Origin: an uncultured Candidatus Saccharibacteria bacterium
GTDB lineage: Bacteria; Patescibacteriota; Doudnabacteria; UBA920
Direction: 5' to 3'
Length of the DNA stretch: 49,757 bases
NCBI GenBank assembly: GCA_964453405.1
Contig: CAYVOF010000001.1
Location: forward strand, 67,531-117,287
The position numbers and the translations under genes are program-made. Positions 1 through 9,403 of the stretch are shown here, one piece after another. Within the stretch, counting starts at the first letter, position 1. Each line of letters opens with the position of its first letter. The notes below the pieces were generated by a model. The model saw nothing but the letters and a program-made list of their open reading frames with translations, did not search any database and was not told the origin of the DNA.

Positions 1-806
1 TAATTACTAATTCCGAAAAGATTTTTGGCGTGTTGGAAGCCGAACAAGGTAAGTTCGAAAAAACTTTAGAAAAGGGTATGCGCGAATTTGAAAAAGCAGT
101 TCCCGCAACATGGAATGATGAGAACATACCATGGGGCGAAAATAGCCAACCTTGGAATGATAATAAAATACTTAGATCAGATATTGTTTTTGATCTCTAT
201 CAATCATATGGCTTCCCATTAGAATTGACATATGAATTGGCTAATAAGATGGGACTAATAATTAATAAGGAAGAAGTTGATAAAAAGATTACAGCGCATC
301 AAGACTTATCTCGCACAGCTAGTGCCGGCACATTTAAAGGTGGTTTGGCAGATCATAGTGATGTCGTGGTACGTTATCACACTGCAACTCATTTGATGCA
401 TAAAGCTTTGCGTGATGTGTTAGGCGAAGATGTCTGGCAAAAAGGCAGTAATATCACCGCAGAACGCACGCGCTTTGACTTTACATATCCGCAAAAAATG
501 ACTGACGAACAAAAAAAGCAAGTTGAGGATTTGGTAAACAAATGGATTCAACTCGATGCTAAAATGGAACAGGAAATGATGCCGTTAGAAAAGGCCCGCG
601 AGCTTGGTGCTATCGGTCTATTTGGCGAAAAGTACGCCGACACTGTATCTATATACACCGCAACTGATAAAGATGGTAATGTTATTTCTCGCGAATTCTG
701 TGGTGGTCCGCACGTTGAGCACACTGGAGTTATTGGAAAATTTCGCATTGCAAAAGAAGAAGCAGTTTCTAGCGGAGTGAGACGCATTAAAGCCGTGATA
801 GAATAA
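1..806 (+). CDS. alaS: alanyl-tRNA synthetase, C-terminal part (5'-partial at window edge)
   Basis: The frame is open back to base 3. An FEKTLEKG-type linker is followed by the AlaRS/ThrRS editing (SAD) domain with HTATH (HxxxH) and CGGPH (CxxxH) motifs. The protein ends ...GVRRIKAVIE* right after that domain. Confidence 0.8.
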   Translation, partial: ITNSEKIFGVLEAEQGKFEKTLEKGMREFEKAVPATWNDENIPWGENSQPWNDNKILRSDIVFDLYQSYGFPLELTYELANKMGLIINKEEVDKKITAHQDLSRTASAGTFKGGLADHSDVVVRYHTATHLMHKALRDVLGEDVWQKGSNITAERTRFDFTYPQKMTDEQKKQVEDLVNKWIQLDAKMEQEMMPLEKARELGAIGLFGEKYADTVSIYTATDKDGNVISREFCGGPHVEHTGVIGKFRIAKEEAVSSGVRRIKAVIE

Positions 807-858
807 AGATAGAGACGCCGGTAAGCTAGCTTCAGCTATATTCAAAAAAGAAACAAAA

Positions 859-2040
859 ATGGAAATAAAATTTTACAATACGTCTGAGCCGCAGAAGTTT
901 GATTCTGTTACTCTGCCCGAAAAGCCGAATTTTATAGATTATCGGCCTGATTTTGTTTTGATGGAAAAGTTGGCGGTTAAGTTTGCTCATAAAAAAAATC
1001 TGATTGTTATCGGCCATGGCGGTAGCGTGACCTCATTCAAAGGAATTTACAATGCGCTTAAGTCTGAAGCTGACGCTTCTTCCTTTTTAAAAGAAGTTTA
1101 CTTTATTACTACAATCGACCCTGATTTTATAACTGAAATTAAAAAGTTAACCAGCGCCCAAGATTCTGTGGTTGTCGCAATCAGCAAGTCAGGGGATACT
1201 GTCACCCAGATCGAAGCGTTAATGCAGTTTATAGATTATGATTTGGTTTTGGTTACTGGAGCGGCGGGACCATTGGCACAAATTGCTGAGAAGTTAATTG
1301 CTACTCATGTTATTCATCCACCGATCGGCGGACGCTATACAGGTTTTACCGAAATCGGGTTACTACCAGCGGCGATGTGTGGTATTAATGTCAAAGCGAT
1401 TTTTGAATCCGGTCACGACCTACTGCAAAAATATAATGAAAACAATATTGCCTTTGATGCTGCGTCGCGGTTATTTGAACTAGAAAAAAAAGGCATTGTT
1501 GATGTGTTTATGCCTGTGTATTCAGAAAAGTTATTTCCGTTTTCAAATTTAGTTGTGCAGCTGTGTCATGAAAGTTTTGGTAAGAATGGTATGGGTCAAA
1601 CTTACTTTGCCCATCAAGCGCCGGAATCACAACACCACACTAACCAGCGATTCTTTGGTGGTCAAAAAAATATTGCCGGCTGGTTTGTAGGTAGTAAAAA
1701 ATCTGAACACGATTTAGTAACGCAGGTGCCAGAAAATCTTCAGGATATTCCATTTAAAACTCAAACCTTGGACGTGTTAAATAATATTCCATTGCAAAGC
1801 GCGCTTCAATTTGAGCGCGAGGCCACTCTCGAAGATGCCAAGCTGCAAAATATTCCTGTAATCGATATGTTGCTAGAAAATATTACTTCATTAGAAGTTG
1901 GAGAGTTCATGGCTTTTTGGCAACTGTATGCAGTCTATGGTTCTGTGTTGCGAGGAGTAAATCCTTTTGATCAGCCTCAGGTAGAATCGAGTAAAAAAAT
2001 CAGTTTTACCAAACGCGAGCAGTTTAAAGGCACCTTATAG
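859..2040 (+). CDS. pgi: glucose-6-phosphate isomerase-like (short SIS-type PGI)
   Basis: ISKSGDTVTQ SIS motif. IGGRYTGFTEIGLLPA matches the PGI signature G-G-R-[FY]-[ST]. FDQPQVESSKK resembles PGI signature 2. Confidence 0.72.
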   Translation: MEIKFYNTSEPQKFDSVTLPEKPNFIDYRPDFVLMEKLAVKFAHKKNLIVIGHGGSVTSFKGIYNALKSEADASSFLKEVYFITTIDPDFITEIKKLTSAQDSVVVAISKSGDTVTQIEALMQFIDYDLVLVTGAAGPLAQIAEKLIATHVIHPPIGGRYTGFTEIGLLPAAMCGINVKAIFESGHDLLQKYNENNIAFDAASRLFELEKKGIVDVFMPVYSEKLFPFSNLVVQLCHESFGKNGMGQTYFAHQAPESQHHTNQRFFGGQKNIAGWFVGSKKSEHDLVTQVPENLQDIPFKTQTLDVLNNIPLQSALQFEREATLEDAKLQNIPVIDMLLENITSLEVGEFMAFWQLYAVYGSVLRGVNPFDQPQVESSKKISFTKREQFKGTL

Positions 2041-2064
2041 TAGACCAATTCGTCGTTTGCCTAG

Positions 2065-2102
2065 ACCTCTAAAAACCCCTACAATAGCAGTAGAGGTTTT
2101 TT
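2065..2102 (+). terminator. weak hairpin plus T-run after pgi
   Basis: ACCTCTA (2065-2071) pairs with TAGAGGT (2091-2097), followed by TTTTT. The 19-nt loop makes it weak. Confidence 0.35.
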
Positions 2103-2104
2103 AT

Positions 2105-3799
2105 ATGAAGACACTTTACTTAAATTTAGAAGACGACGTAACCAGAATTATTACCAAAATCAAAGCCCAGCGCGGTGAAACCGAGCTGGTTTTAGTGATT
2201 CCAAAAGGGGCTCAACTTTTAGCCGATAGCATTAATTTGCGTCTACTTAAAAAGCAGGTTGATATGCTTGGCTCTAAACGCGCTAAGGTGTCGATTTTAA
2301 CTATGGATGAAACTGGTCAAGTTTTTGCCAAAGAAGCTGGTTTTGCGTTAAAGCGGTTGCCAAAAATTTCACGAAGTAATTCTATTTCGGATATTCGTCC
2401 TAGTAACCGATCTACTGAAATTGAAGATGCAGTAGAAGCAACTCCCGTTGTCGCTGCAGCTTCTGTTAAAACTTTTGCAAAGCCTGTTTCTAGCAAACCT
2501 CAGCCGCGTGTTCACATTGCGTCAAATACCTCAAATAGAAAATCTCGCATCGAAAATAACGATTGGCTAACACCAACCGCTGTTGAACTACCAGCTCGTT
2601 CAAAAAAAACTAAGGACAACATGTTCATGCCTCCTAATAATAAGAGCACTAAGCCACCTCAGCAAAAGTCGTATAAAAAAGTGGCATTGGTTTTTGTTGC
2701 TTTAGCTCTAATTGTGGTAGCGGCTTTGGTGATTATTGTTTTACCAAGTGCGAATGTTACCATTTATGCTCGATCGCAAACTGTGGCGCGTGATTTAGAT
2801 TTAGTGATTGATGCTAATCAAGATTCGGTTAATGCCAGTAATTTAACTTTACCAGCAACTAAAGTTGACGAAACTAAACAGCTATCGGATTCATTTACCG
2901 TCAACGGAAAAAAAGAAGTTGGCAGTAAAGCACAGGGTCGCATCGTAATTTACAATTTAACTGGCAGTCCAATGAACTTGCGCGCATCTACGACGGTGCT
3001 TACAGTAGGGACCAAAACCTATTATTTTGTATCAGACATAAATGGAATTAATGCATTAGAAAGTCCGAGTAAAGACAGTAATGCTACTACAGCTGATATC
3101 GTAGCTGCCGATGGGGGAGAAGATTTTAATTTGCCAGCTGGTACCCGCGTCGAGATTACTAACCAATCATTTGGTAGTCAGCCGCAACGATTGTATGCTA
3201 AAACCGTAACGCAGGTGATTGGAGGTTCGTCACGATTTGTTTCGGTGGTTAGCAAAGAAGATATTGATGCCGCACAGAAAACTTTAATTAAAAAAGCTGT
3301 GGATGATGTGAATAGTAATTTATCCGATGGGCGTAAATTGGTTGATGGCGCTTATAATATAGAACTTACAAATTTTACCCCAGACAAAGCCGAAGGTATC
3401 GAAGGTACAGTATTTAACGCTTCGGCCACAATTAAGATCACCGGCTTAGCGTTTAATGAGAATGATTTAAAGGGCATGGTTCGGGGCCGTCTTACTCAGA
3501 CATTGGGTACTGATAAGAGTTTACAGGAACAAGAGCAGGACACTGTGGTTTATAAAATTAAAAATTTAGACTTAGCTAGTGGTGTGATGCAACTTTCGAT
3601 TCATTATGAAAGTCAGGCTAAACCCACTATTGATAAAGTTGGTTTAACTAGTCAACTGGCAGGGAAGTCTAAAGAGCAGGCTAATGATATTTTGCTAACC
3701 AATCCAAATATTGAACGGGTTAATATTAAGTTAGCTCCAACTTGGCAAAAATCTTTTCCAAGGATCACAGGAAAAGTGCATATTGAAGTTGTGGAGTAG
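2105..3799 (+). CDS. hypothetical membrane-anchored protein (single TM about aa 200, large extracytoplasmic C-terminal part)
   Basis: Long ORF. I prefer the ATG at 2105 (MKTLYLNLEDD) because the track start at 2057 overlaps the pgi terminator hairpin. Hydrophobic stretch VALVFVALALIVVAALVIIVL. No family recognised. Confidence 0.6.
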   Translation: MKTLYLNLEDDVTRIITKIKAQRGETELVLVIPKGAQLLADSINLRLLKKQVDMLGSKRAKVSILTMDETGQVFAKEAGFALKRLPKISRSNSISDIRPSNRSTEIEDAVEATPVVAAASVKTFAKPVSSKPQPRVHIASNTSNRKSRIENNDWLTPTAVELPARSKKTKDNMFMPPNNKSTKPPQQKSYKKVALVFVALALIVVAALVIIVLPSANVTIYARSQTVARDLDLVIDANQDSVNASNLTLPATKVDETKQLSDSFTVNGKKEVGSKAQGRIVIYNLTGSPMNLRASTTVLTVGTKTYYFVSDINGINALESPSKDSNATTADIVAADGGEDFNLPAGTRVEITNQSFGSQPQRLYAKTVTQVIGGSSRFVSVVSKEDIDAAQKTLIKKAVDDVNSNLSDGRKLVDGAYNIELTNFTPDKAEGIEGTVFNASATIKITGLAFNENDLKGMVRGRLTQTLGTDKSLQEQEQDTVVYKIKNLDLASGVMQLSIHYESQAKPTIDKVGLTSQLAGKSKEQANDILLTNPNIERVNIKLAPTWQKSFPRITGKVHIEVVE

Positions 3800-3821
3800 A
3801 AGAAAATAGATAAAAAAATAG

Positions 3822-3848
3822 CCGCCAACGAATTTCGTTGGCGGTTTT
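3822..3848. terminator. bidirectional rho-independent terminator
   Basis: CCGCCAACGA / TCGTTGGCGG 10-bp stem with a 3-nt loop, A-run upstream and T-run downstream, between convergent genes. Confidence 0.75.
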
Positions 3849-3856
3849 AGATTACC

Positions 3857-4453
3857 CTACTTTTTTATCTCCGGAAACTGGGTTATGACCGCTTCCATTA
3901 TACTTCGAAAGGTTCGCCTGCCGCCGCACATATATGTCTCGACAACTGCCGACAAAGTATTATCCTCGAGAAGGGGAGTCATTTGCCTTCTTTTCATCTG
4001 CGGTTCACAGTCACAAGTAACCATTATCACAACCGCTTGCGGTTGCTTACTCTTTAGATCTTTGGCCATGTCTAGAGCCTCGTCGAAAGCTGTAAGTCCG
4101 CCGTAGATAACTACCATTAACGGTTTGTCGTTGGTATCCAAATCTCTGAAAATATTACCAGAGACTACCGATTGAGCTTCTCGACCCATGGTCTCCATTT
4201 CATTTACGGCAATATTGTTAATACGGGAATCGTTCGACAGTACGCCGGCAAGGTGGAACATACTGTACGGTTCCATATCCCCACTGGTTACCGTCACAGT
4301 AAGACCGGGGATATCATTTTGATAAATTGAATTGCATTCTTTGTAGGTAGCAAAATGAACGTGAAGTTCATTACTATCCTTTAACAAATTACGCATTAAT
4401 TGGTTGAGCTTGTTCCCACTTAGGAATGCTTTTTCGTCCATAAAATTGTCCAT
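3857..4453 (-). CDS. hypothetical protein (198 aa), stand-alone transcription unit
   Basis: ORF with a strong SD (GGAGGAAAT-ATG) and its own consensus promoter. No family recognised. Confidence 0.6.
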   Translation of the reverse strand: MDNFMDEKAFLSGNKLNQLMRNLLKDSNELHVHFATYKECNSIYQNDIPGLTVTVTSGDMEPYSMFHLAGVLSNDSRINNIAVNEMETMGREAQSVVSGNIFRDLDTNDKPLMVVIYGGLTAFDEALDMAKDLKSKQPQAVVIMVTCDCEPQMKRRQMTPLLEDNTLSAVVETYMCGGRRTFRSIMEAVITQFPEIKK

Positions 4454-4486
4454 ATTTCCTCCAAAGAAATGATAAAATCTTACTGC

Positions 4487-4515
4487 ATTATAGCACTTGT
4501 CAGCCTTTTTGTCAA
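4487..4515 (-). promoter_or_regulatory. sigma70-type promoter for 3857..4453
   Basis: On the minus strand: TTGACA, 17 nt, then TATAAT preceded by TGC (extended -10). Confidence 0.6.
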
Positions 4516-4551
4516 TATCTGACCAAAATCCCTAAAATTCATAGAAAATTG

Positions 4552-4579
4552 TTGACAAAGCCTGAAACTGTGTTAAAAT
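4552..4579 (+). promoter_or_regulatory. sigma70-type promoter for the infA / r-protein block
   Basis: TTGACA (4552-4557), 16-nt spacer, TGT-TAAAAT (4571-4579). Confidence 0.6.
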
Positions 4580-4625
4580 TAGGGAAATTCGTAATTAGTT
4601 AAATTCCACTAGGAAAAACAAGAAT

Positions 4626-4853
4626 TTGGGAAGTTCCGAACAAAATCAAACCATTGAACTTGAGGGTAAAGTAATCGAAAGTTTACCTAACACTGTTTTT
4701 CGCGTTCAATTGGACTCCGGCCAAGTAATCCTTGGTCACTTATCTGGCAAGATGAGACTGCACCGTATTCGCGTATTAATGGGCGATAGAGTGCTACTCG
4801 AAGTCACGCCATATGATTTGTCCAAAGGTCGCATTACCCGTCGTCTTAAATAA
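4626..4853 (+). CDS. infA: translation initiation factor IF-1
   Basis: TTG start. S1-like sequence [59 protein letters not shown] is an unmistakable IF-1. Confidence 0.95.
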   Translation: MGSSEQNQTIELEGKVIESLPNTVFRVQLDSGQVILGHLSGKMRLHRIRVLMGDRVLLEVTPYDLSKGRITRRLK

Positions 4854-5000
4854 GACCTCAAGTAGAAAGTTTGATTCAATTAAATATTATAGGAACCAGT
4901 CCAGCGCCTTACAAAAGAGCTGTGGCTGTGGGAATCCCTGAGCCTCGGCTCGCTATTCCCTAAATTGTCTGTTTTAAAAACAGCACAAGGATAAATTTTT

Positions 5001-5114
5001 ATGAAAGTTAGAGCATCTGCAAAACCAATTTGTAAGAAGTGTAAGGTCGTAAAAAGATTCGGTCGAGTCTTTGTTATTTGCGAAGTACCAAAACATAAAC
5101 AACGTCAGGGTTAA
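5001..5114 (+). CDS. rpmJ: 50S ribosomal protein L36 (below the ORF-track size cut-off)
   Basis: Hand translation gives [37 protein letters not shown]. Canonical position between infA and rpsM. Confidence 0.9.
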   Translation: MKVRASAKPICKKCKVVKRFGRVFVICEVPKHKQRQG

Positions 5115-5167
5115 TTTTAACTCGAGGCGTTTTATTGTTCCCCATTTAAAGAATTAACTTATCAAGT

Positions 5168-5557
5168 ATGGCTCGTATTGCCGGAGTAAACATTCCTACC
5201 GAAAAAAGAATAGAAGCATCTCTTCAATATATTTATGGAGTTGGCGCAACTTTAGCTAAGCGCGCTTTAACCGAAACTGGTGTTAGCGCTGATATTCGTA
5301 CAAAAGATTTATCAGAAGCTGATTTAACTAAACTTCGTGATTATATCGATAAGAATTTTAAGACCGAAGGTAACTTAAAGCAACAAGTATTGCTTAACAT
5401 CAAACAACTTAAAGAAATTGGTTCTTACCGAGGAAGTCGTCACAAAAAGAGTTTGCCAGTTCGCGGTCAGCGCACCAAGACTAACTCTCGTACCCGTCAC
5501 GGTAACGTTCGCCGTACAGCAGGTAGCGGCCGTAAGAAGTCATCTGATAAGACCTAG
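5168..5557 (+). CDS. rpsM: 30S ribosomal protein S13
   Basis: [10 protein letters not shown]...LQYIYGVG...GSYRGSRH motifs and conserved operon position. Confidence 0.95.
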   Translation: MARIAGVNIPTEKRIEASLQYIYGVGATLAKRALTETGVSADIRTKDLSEADLTKLRDYIDKNFKTEGNLKQQVLLNIKQLKEIGSYRGSRHKKSLPVRGQRTKTNSRTRHGNVRRTAGSGRKKSSDKT

Positions 5558-5596
5558 GTCGTGGCCCAGCAATTGTTCACTTATTTATAAATTATT

Positions 5597-6106
5597 ATGT
5601 CCGATATTACAGACACAACTACAACTGAAGAAACTTCTAGCCAAAATACTAGTATGAGTGCTGCCGAATTGGTCAGTGCTGAGTTTGCCGAAAAAGCAGC
5701 AGCTACTTCCGATATTGCCGCTAAGATTAAAGGTGGTAAGAAAAAGAAGAACAAGCAAAAAGTTACCAAAGGCAAGATTTTTATTAATTCCACTTATAAC
5801 AACACTATCGTTTCTGTAACAGATTTAACTGGTAACGTAATTGCTTGGGGTAGCGCTGGTAAAGCTGGCTTTAAAGGTTCTAAGAAATCTACTCCATACG
5901 CTGGTGGAAAGACTATGGAAGATGTTTTGTCTCGTGTTAAAGATCGTGGCTTACAAGAAGTAGACATTTTTATCAAAGGCATTGGTTCAGGTCGTGAACA
6001 AGCTATTCGTGCACTATTAGGTGCTGGCCTAACTGTTTTAACTATTAAAGATCGCACCCCAACACCTCACGGCGGAGTTCGTCCTAAAAAGGTACGCCGC
6101 GTCTAA
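5597..6106 (+). CDS. rpsK: 30S ribosomal protein S11 with an about 40-aa N-terminal extension
   Basis: Core INSTYNNTIVSVTDLTGNVIAWGSAGKAGFKGSKKSTPYA is S11. It is preceded by an acidic/Thr-rich then Lys-rich tail. Confidence 0.95.
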   Translation: MSDITDTTTTEETSSQNTSMSAAELVSAEFAEKAAATSDIAAKIKGGKKKKNKQKVTKGKIFINSTYNNTIVSVTDLTGNVIAWGSAGKAGFKGSKKSTPYAGGKTMEDVLSRVKDRGLQEVDIFIKGIGSGREQAIRALLGAGLTVLTIKDRTPTPHGGVRPKKVRRV

Positions 6107-6125
6107 GCCGGTTAAATAATATTTT

Positions 6126-6734
6126 ATGAGATATACAGGACCAAAAGTTAAAAGAGCACGTCGTCTAGGTTTTGCCTTTACCGACAAAGATGCCAAGATT
6201 TTGCAAAAGCGTGGATTCCCACCTGGACAGCATGGTCAGAATCGCGTTCGCATTTCGGAATATGGCACCCAGCTTCGCGAAAAGCAAAAAGCAAAGATCA
6301 ATTATGGTATTACCGAACGACAGTTCTTGCGTTATTTTGACAAAGCGCACAGCGGTGTTGGTGTAACAGGTGATCGCTTGCTAGCTAATTTGGAATTACG
6401 TTTAGACAACATCGTATTCCGTTTAGGCTTTGCAGTTACTCGCGCGCAAGCTCGTCAATTAGTAAATCATGGTTTCTTTCAAGTTAACGGTAAAAAAGTT
6501 GATATTCCTTCTTATGCTACCAAACCTGGTGATGTAATCGCAGTTCGCGATAACAAAAAAGAATCTAAGTACATGCAGACCCATAAAGAAGTGTTGAAGA
6601 ATTTTAAAACTCAAGACTGGGTTGAACTCAAAGCCGCTGATTTTTCTGGAAAAGTATTATCAGTTCCAACTCCAGATCAAATCGGCAACCTCATCGACAC
6701 ACAGTTGATCGTTGAACACTACTCTAGAATTTAA
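6126..6734 (+). CDS. rpsD: 30S ribosomal protein S4
   Basis: MRYTGPKVKRARRLG..., LESRLDN-type motif (LELRLDNIVFRLGF) and an S4 RNA-binding domain. Confidence 0.95.
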   Translation: MRYTGPKVKRARRLGFAFTDKDAKILQKRGFPPGQHGQNRVRISEYGTQLREKQKAKINYGITERQFLRYFDKAHSGVGVTGDRLLANLELRLDNIVFRLGFAVTRAQARQLVNHGFFQVNGKKVDIPSYATKPGDVIAVRDNKKESKYMQTHKEVLKNFKTQDWVELKAADFSGKVLSVPTPDQIGNLIDTQLIVEHYSRI

Positions 6735-6817
6735 TTCGGAATTTAAATTAATTAATCTTCTACCTTTCGCAGACACACGAACATTGGCCAAAGCGAGCTG
6801 TAGAAAAAGGGGCATTT

Positions 6818-7789
6818 ATGCAACCAATCCCATTACCTAATCAGGCTAAGATTACCCACTTAGAGGGTAACTCTTACGAAGTCACACTAGAGCCATTATA
6901 TCCTGGCTACGGTGTTACCATCGGCAACACGCTTCGTCGTGTGTTATTGTCGTCAATGCCTGGGGCAGCCGTAACTGCGGTTAAGATCAAGTTCGTAGAT
7001 CACGAATTTGCATCTATTCCAAACGTTAAAGAAGACGTGATTCAAATTATTTTGAATCTTAAACAGCTTCGTTTGCGTAGTTTTTCTACCGAACCAGTTC
7101 GCCTTAAGCTAACTAGCAAAGGCGAAGGCGTTATCACTGCAGAAATGATTCAGGAAACTGATCAAGTCGAAGTGATGAACAAAGATTTGTACATCTGCAC
7201 ATTGGATAACAAGAATGCTGACTTTGAAATGGAATTGATTGTCGAACAAGGTCGTGGTTATGAACCAGTCGAAGTTCGCCAAAGCGCTTCTAACTTAGAA
7301 GCTGGCATGCTCGCGATCGACGCTATTTATACTCCAGTTCGCTCCGTTTACTTTGATGTATCAAACGTTCGTGTTGGTGGTATGACTAACTTTGATAAAT
7401 TAGTAGTTCGCATGGAAACTGATGGTACTATCACTGGTGGCGAAGCGATTGACATTGCTTCTCACATCTTAGTTGATCACTTCTCAATGTTGTACAACAA
7501 TCAAGGCGCTGAGCGTCTAGAAATGATGAACCAAGCAGCATTAGAAGAAGCTGCTATGGAAGAAGCTCCAGCAGAGATGGATGCGACAGTAGAACCAGTG
7601 GAAACTGGTACTCCGATCGACGATACCACACTTTCTAACCGCGCTAAGAATGCTTTGCAAAAGTCTGGTATTACCACCATCGAATCGTTGACAGCTATGA
7701 GTACCGATGATATAAATAATATTTCCGGATTAGGTGAAAAGACAATTACCGAAATTCTAGAAATGCTTGGACGTAATCAGCAAGCCTAA
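6818..7789 (+). CDS. rpoA: DNA-directed RNA polymerase alpha subunit
   Basis: GYGVTIGNTLRRVLLSSMPGAAV N-terminal domain and a C-terminal helix-hairpin-helix domain (LSNRAKNALQKSGITTIESL). Confidence 0.95.
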   Translation: MQPIPLPNQAKITHLEGNSYEVTLEPLYPGYGVTIGNTLRRVLLSSMPGAAVTAVKIKFVDHEFASIPNVKEDVIQIILNLKQLRLRSFSTEPVRLKLTSKGEGVITAEMIQETDQVEVMNKDLYICTLDNKNADFEMELIVEQGRGYEPVEVRQSASNLEAGMLAIDAIYTPVRSVYFDVSNVRVGGMTNFDKLVVRMETDGTITGGEAIDIASHILVDHFSMLYNNQGAERLEMMNQAALEEAAMEEAPAEMDATVEPVETGTPIDDTTLSNRAKNALQKSGITTIESLTAMSTDDINNISGLGEKTITEILEMLGRNQQA

Positions 7790-7815
7790 TAACAGTTTAA
7801 CTATTTAATAATTAT

Positions 7816-8160
7816 ATGAGACACCAGAAAAAGAAAAAATTTGGAAGAGGTATGGACCACCGCCGCAAACTCTTGCGCGCGTTGGCTTCTTCAGCAATTC
7901 TGTATGAAAGAATTGAAACTAGCTACTCATATGCTCGAGCGGTTAAGCCTTACTTAGAAAAGTTGATCACTAAAGCTAAAGAACCTACATTACATAATCG
8001 TCGTCTACTATTATCTAAACTTTCTAAGAATGCGACCGCAAAAGCTTTGGAAGTTTACGGACCTCGTTACAGCGCTCGCAATGGTGGATACTTACGTTTA
8101 ACTAAATTGAATAATCCTAAAGCTGGCTTGTCTAAAGCAGTGATAGAATTCGTCGCCTAA
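7816..8160 (+). CDS. rplQ: 50S ribosomal protein L17
   Basis: MRHQKKKKFGRGMDHRRKLLRALASS... and its position after rpoA. Confidence 0.9.
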   Translation: MRHQKKKKFGRGMDHRRKLLRALASSAILYERIETSYSYARAVKPYLEKLITKAKEPTLHNRRLLLSKLSKNATAKALEVYGPRYSARNGGYLRLTKLNNPKAGLSKAVIEFVA

Positions 8161-8184
8161 TTCCAGATAAAATACTAGAAATAT

Positions 8185-8616
8185 ATGTTAAAGAATCAAA
8201 AAATTTCACTTCCAAAAGTAAGCGAAGTAACTCGTACTTGGTACGAAATCGACGCTAGCGGCCAACCAATGGGTCGAGTTGCAACTAAAATTGCTAACTT
8301 GATTCGCGGTAAGCATAAACGCAACTTTACTCCTCACATGGATATGGGTGACTTTGTCGTGGCAGTGAATGTTGATAAGTTAAAGTTTACTGGCCGTAAG
8401 ATTGATCAGAAAAAGTATTACTCTCACTCTGGTTACTTGGGTGGTTTAAAGACTAAGACTTTAAAAGATGAAAATGTCCGTAATCCAGAAAAAGTTTTAC
8501 AGCGCGCAGTGTTCTCGATGATTGATGATATTAAGTTTCGTAAAAAGTTAGTATCCCGCCTAAAGTTAGTAAAAGGCGACAAGCACACCTATAAGATTGA
8601 TAAAGAGATTAAATAA
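8185..8616 (+). CDS. rplM: 50S ribosomal protein L13
   Basis: TRTWYEIDASGQPMGRVATKIANLIRGKHK...TPHMDMGDFVVAVN. Confidence 0.95.
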   Translation: MLKNQKISLPKVSEVTRTWYEIDASGQPMGRVATKIANLIRGKHKRNFTPHMDMGDFVVAVNVDKLKFTGRKIDQKKYYSHSGYLGGLKTKTLKDENVRNPEKVLQRAVFSMIDDIKFRKKLVSRLKLVKGDKHTYKIDKEIK

Positions 8617-8617
8617 T

Positions 8618-9175
8618 ATGGAAACTAAGAAACCTACAACTAAAAAAGTAGTCGCAAAGAAAGTAGCTACAAAAAAGGTACCTGCTAAAAAGGAATCTAT
8701 TGCTGATAATGTATCTGATGCCGTAGAAACTCCGGTAACGGCAACTGCAAAAGCTGCTAAGACTGCTGATCATAAAAAGTTGGCTTCTGGCCGTTATATT
8801 TTTGCTACTGGTCGTCGTAAGACTGCAATCGCTAATGTTCGCATGTTTGCTGGCAGTGGTGAAAATATTGTTAACAAAAAAGCTTTGGAAGTTTATTTTT
8901 CAGAAAAGCCTCAGCAAGATACTGCTCTTCGTCCTTTAGCTGTTAGCGGTTTACTTGGTGAATATTACTTTACTTCTCACGTAGCTGGTGGTGGCCGCAC
9001 TTCTCAAGTTGAAGCAATTCGTCATGGCGTCGCGCAAGCCTTAGCAACTTTAAATGCTGATTTACAAAACGTTCTAAAAAAGAATGGATTCCTCACCCGA
9101 GATGACCGTAAGAAAGAACGTAAAAAGCCAGGACTTCGCGGTGCTCGTCGTGCTCCACAATGGGCTAAGCGTTAA
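8618..9175 (+). CDS. rpsI: 30S ribosomal protein S9 with an about 60-aa Lys/Ala-rich N-terminal extension
   Basis: ATG at 8618, 2 nt after the rplM stop (the track TTG at 8597 is less likely). The C-terminal core GRRKTAIANVR...GGGRTSQVEAIRHG...RKKPGLRGARRAPQWAKR is S9. Confidence 0.9.
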   Translation: METKKPTTKKVVAKKVATKKVPAKKESIADNVSDAVETPVTATAKAAKTADHKKLASGRYIFATGRRKTAIANVRMFAGSGENIVNKKALEVYFSEKPQQDTALRPLAVSGLLGEYYFTSHVAGGGRTSQVEAIRHGVAQALATLNADLQNVLKKNGFLTRDDRKKERKKPGLRGARRAPQWAKR

Positions 9176-9191
9176 TATATTGCATACAAAA

Positions 9192-9217
9192 AACTCTCTT
9201 GAATGGAGAGTTTTTTT
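9192..9217 (+). terminator. rho-independent terminator of the r-protein block
   Basis: AACTCTC / GAGAGTT stem followed by a T7 run. Confidence 0.7.
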
Positions 9218-9344
9218 ATTCACAGTATAATTATTATCCAAAAATAGGCGGTAAATTAGAGTTATTAGGAAATTTTTGTTTAAGATAAGCCAAATTTAAA
9301 TTTGCCTTATCTTTGTAAAAAGTTTATACTAAATTTATCAAACA

Positions 9345-9373
9345 TTGACTATTCCTGAGATTAGGTCTATAAT
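9345..9373 (+). promoter_or_regulatory. near-consensus promoter for the surface-protein gene
   Basis: TTGACT (9345-9350), exactly 17 nt, TATAAT (9368-9373). Confidence 0.65.
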
Positions 9374-9403
9374 CTTAGGTTTTAAACATTAATCAATAAT
9401 TAT

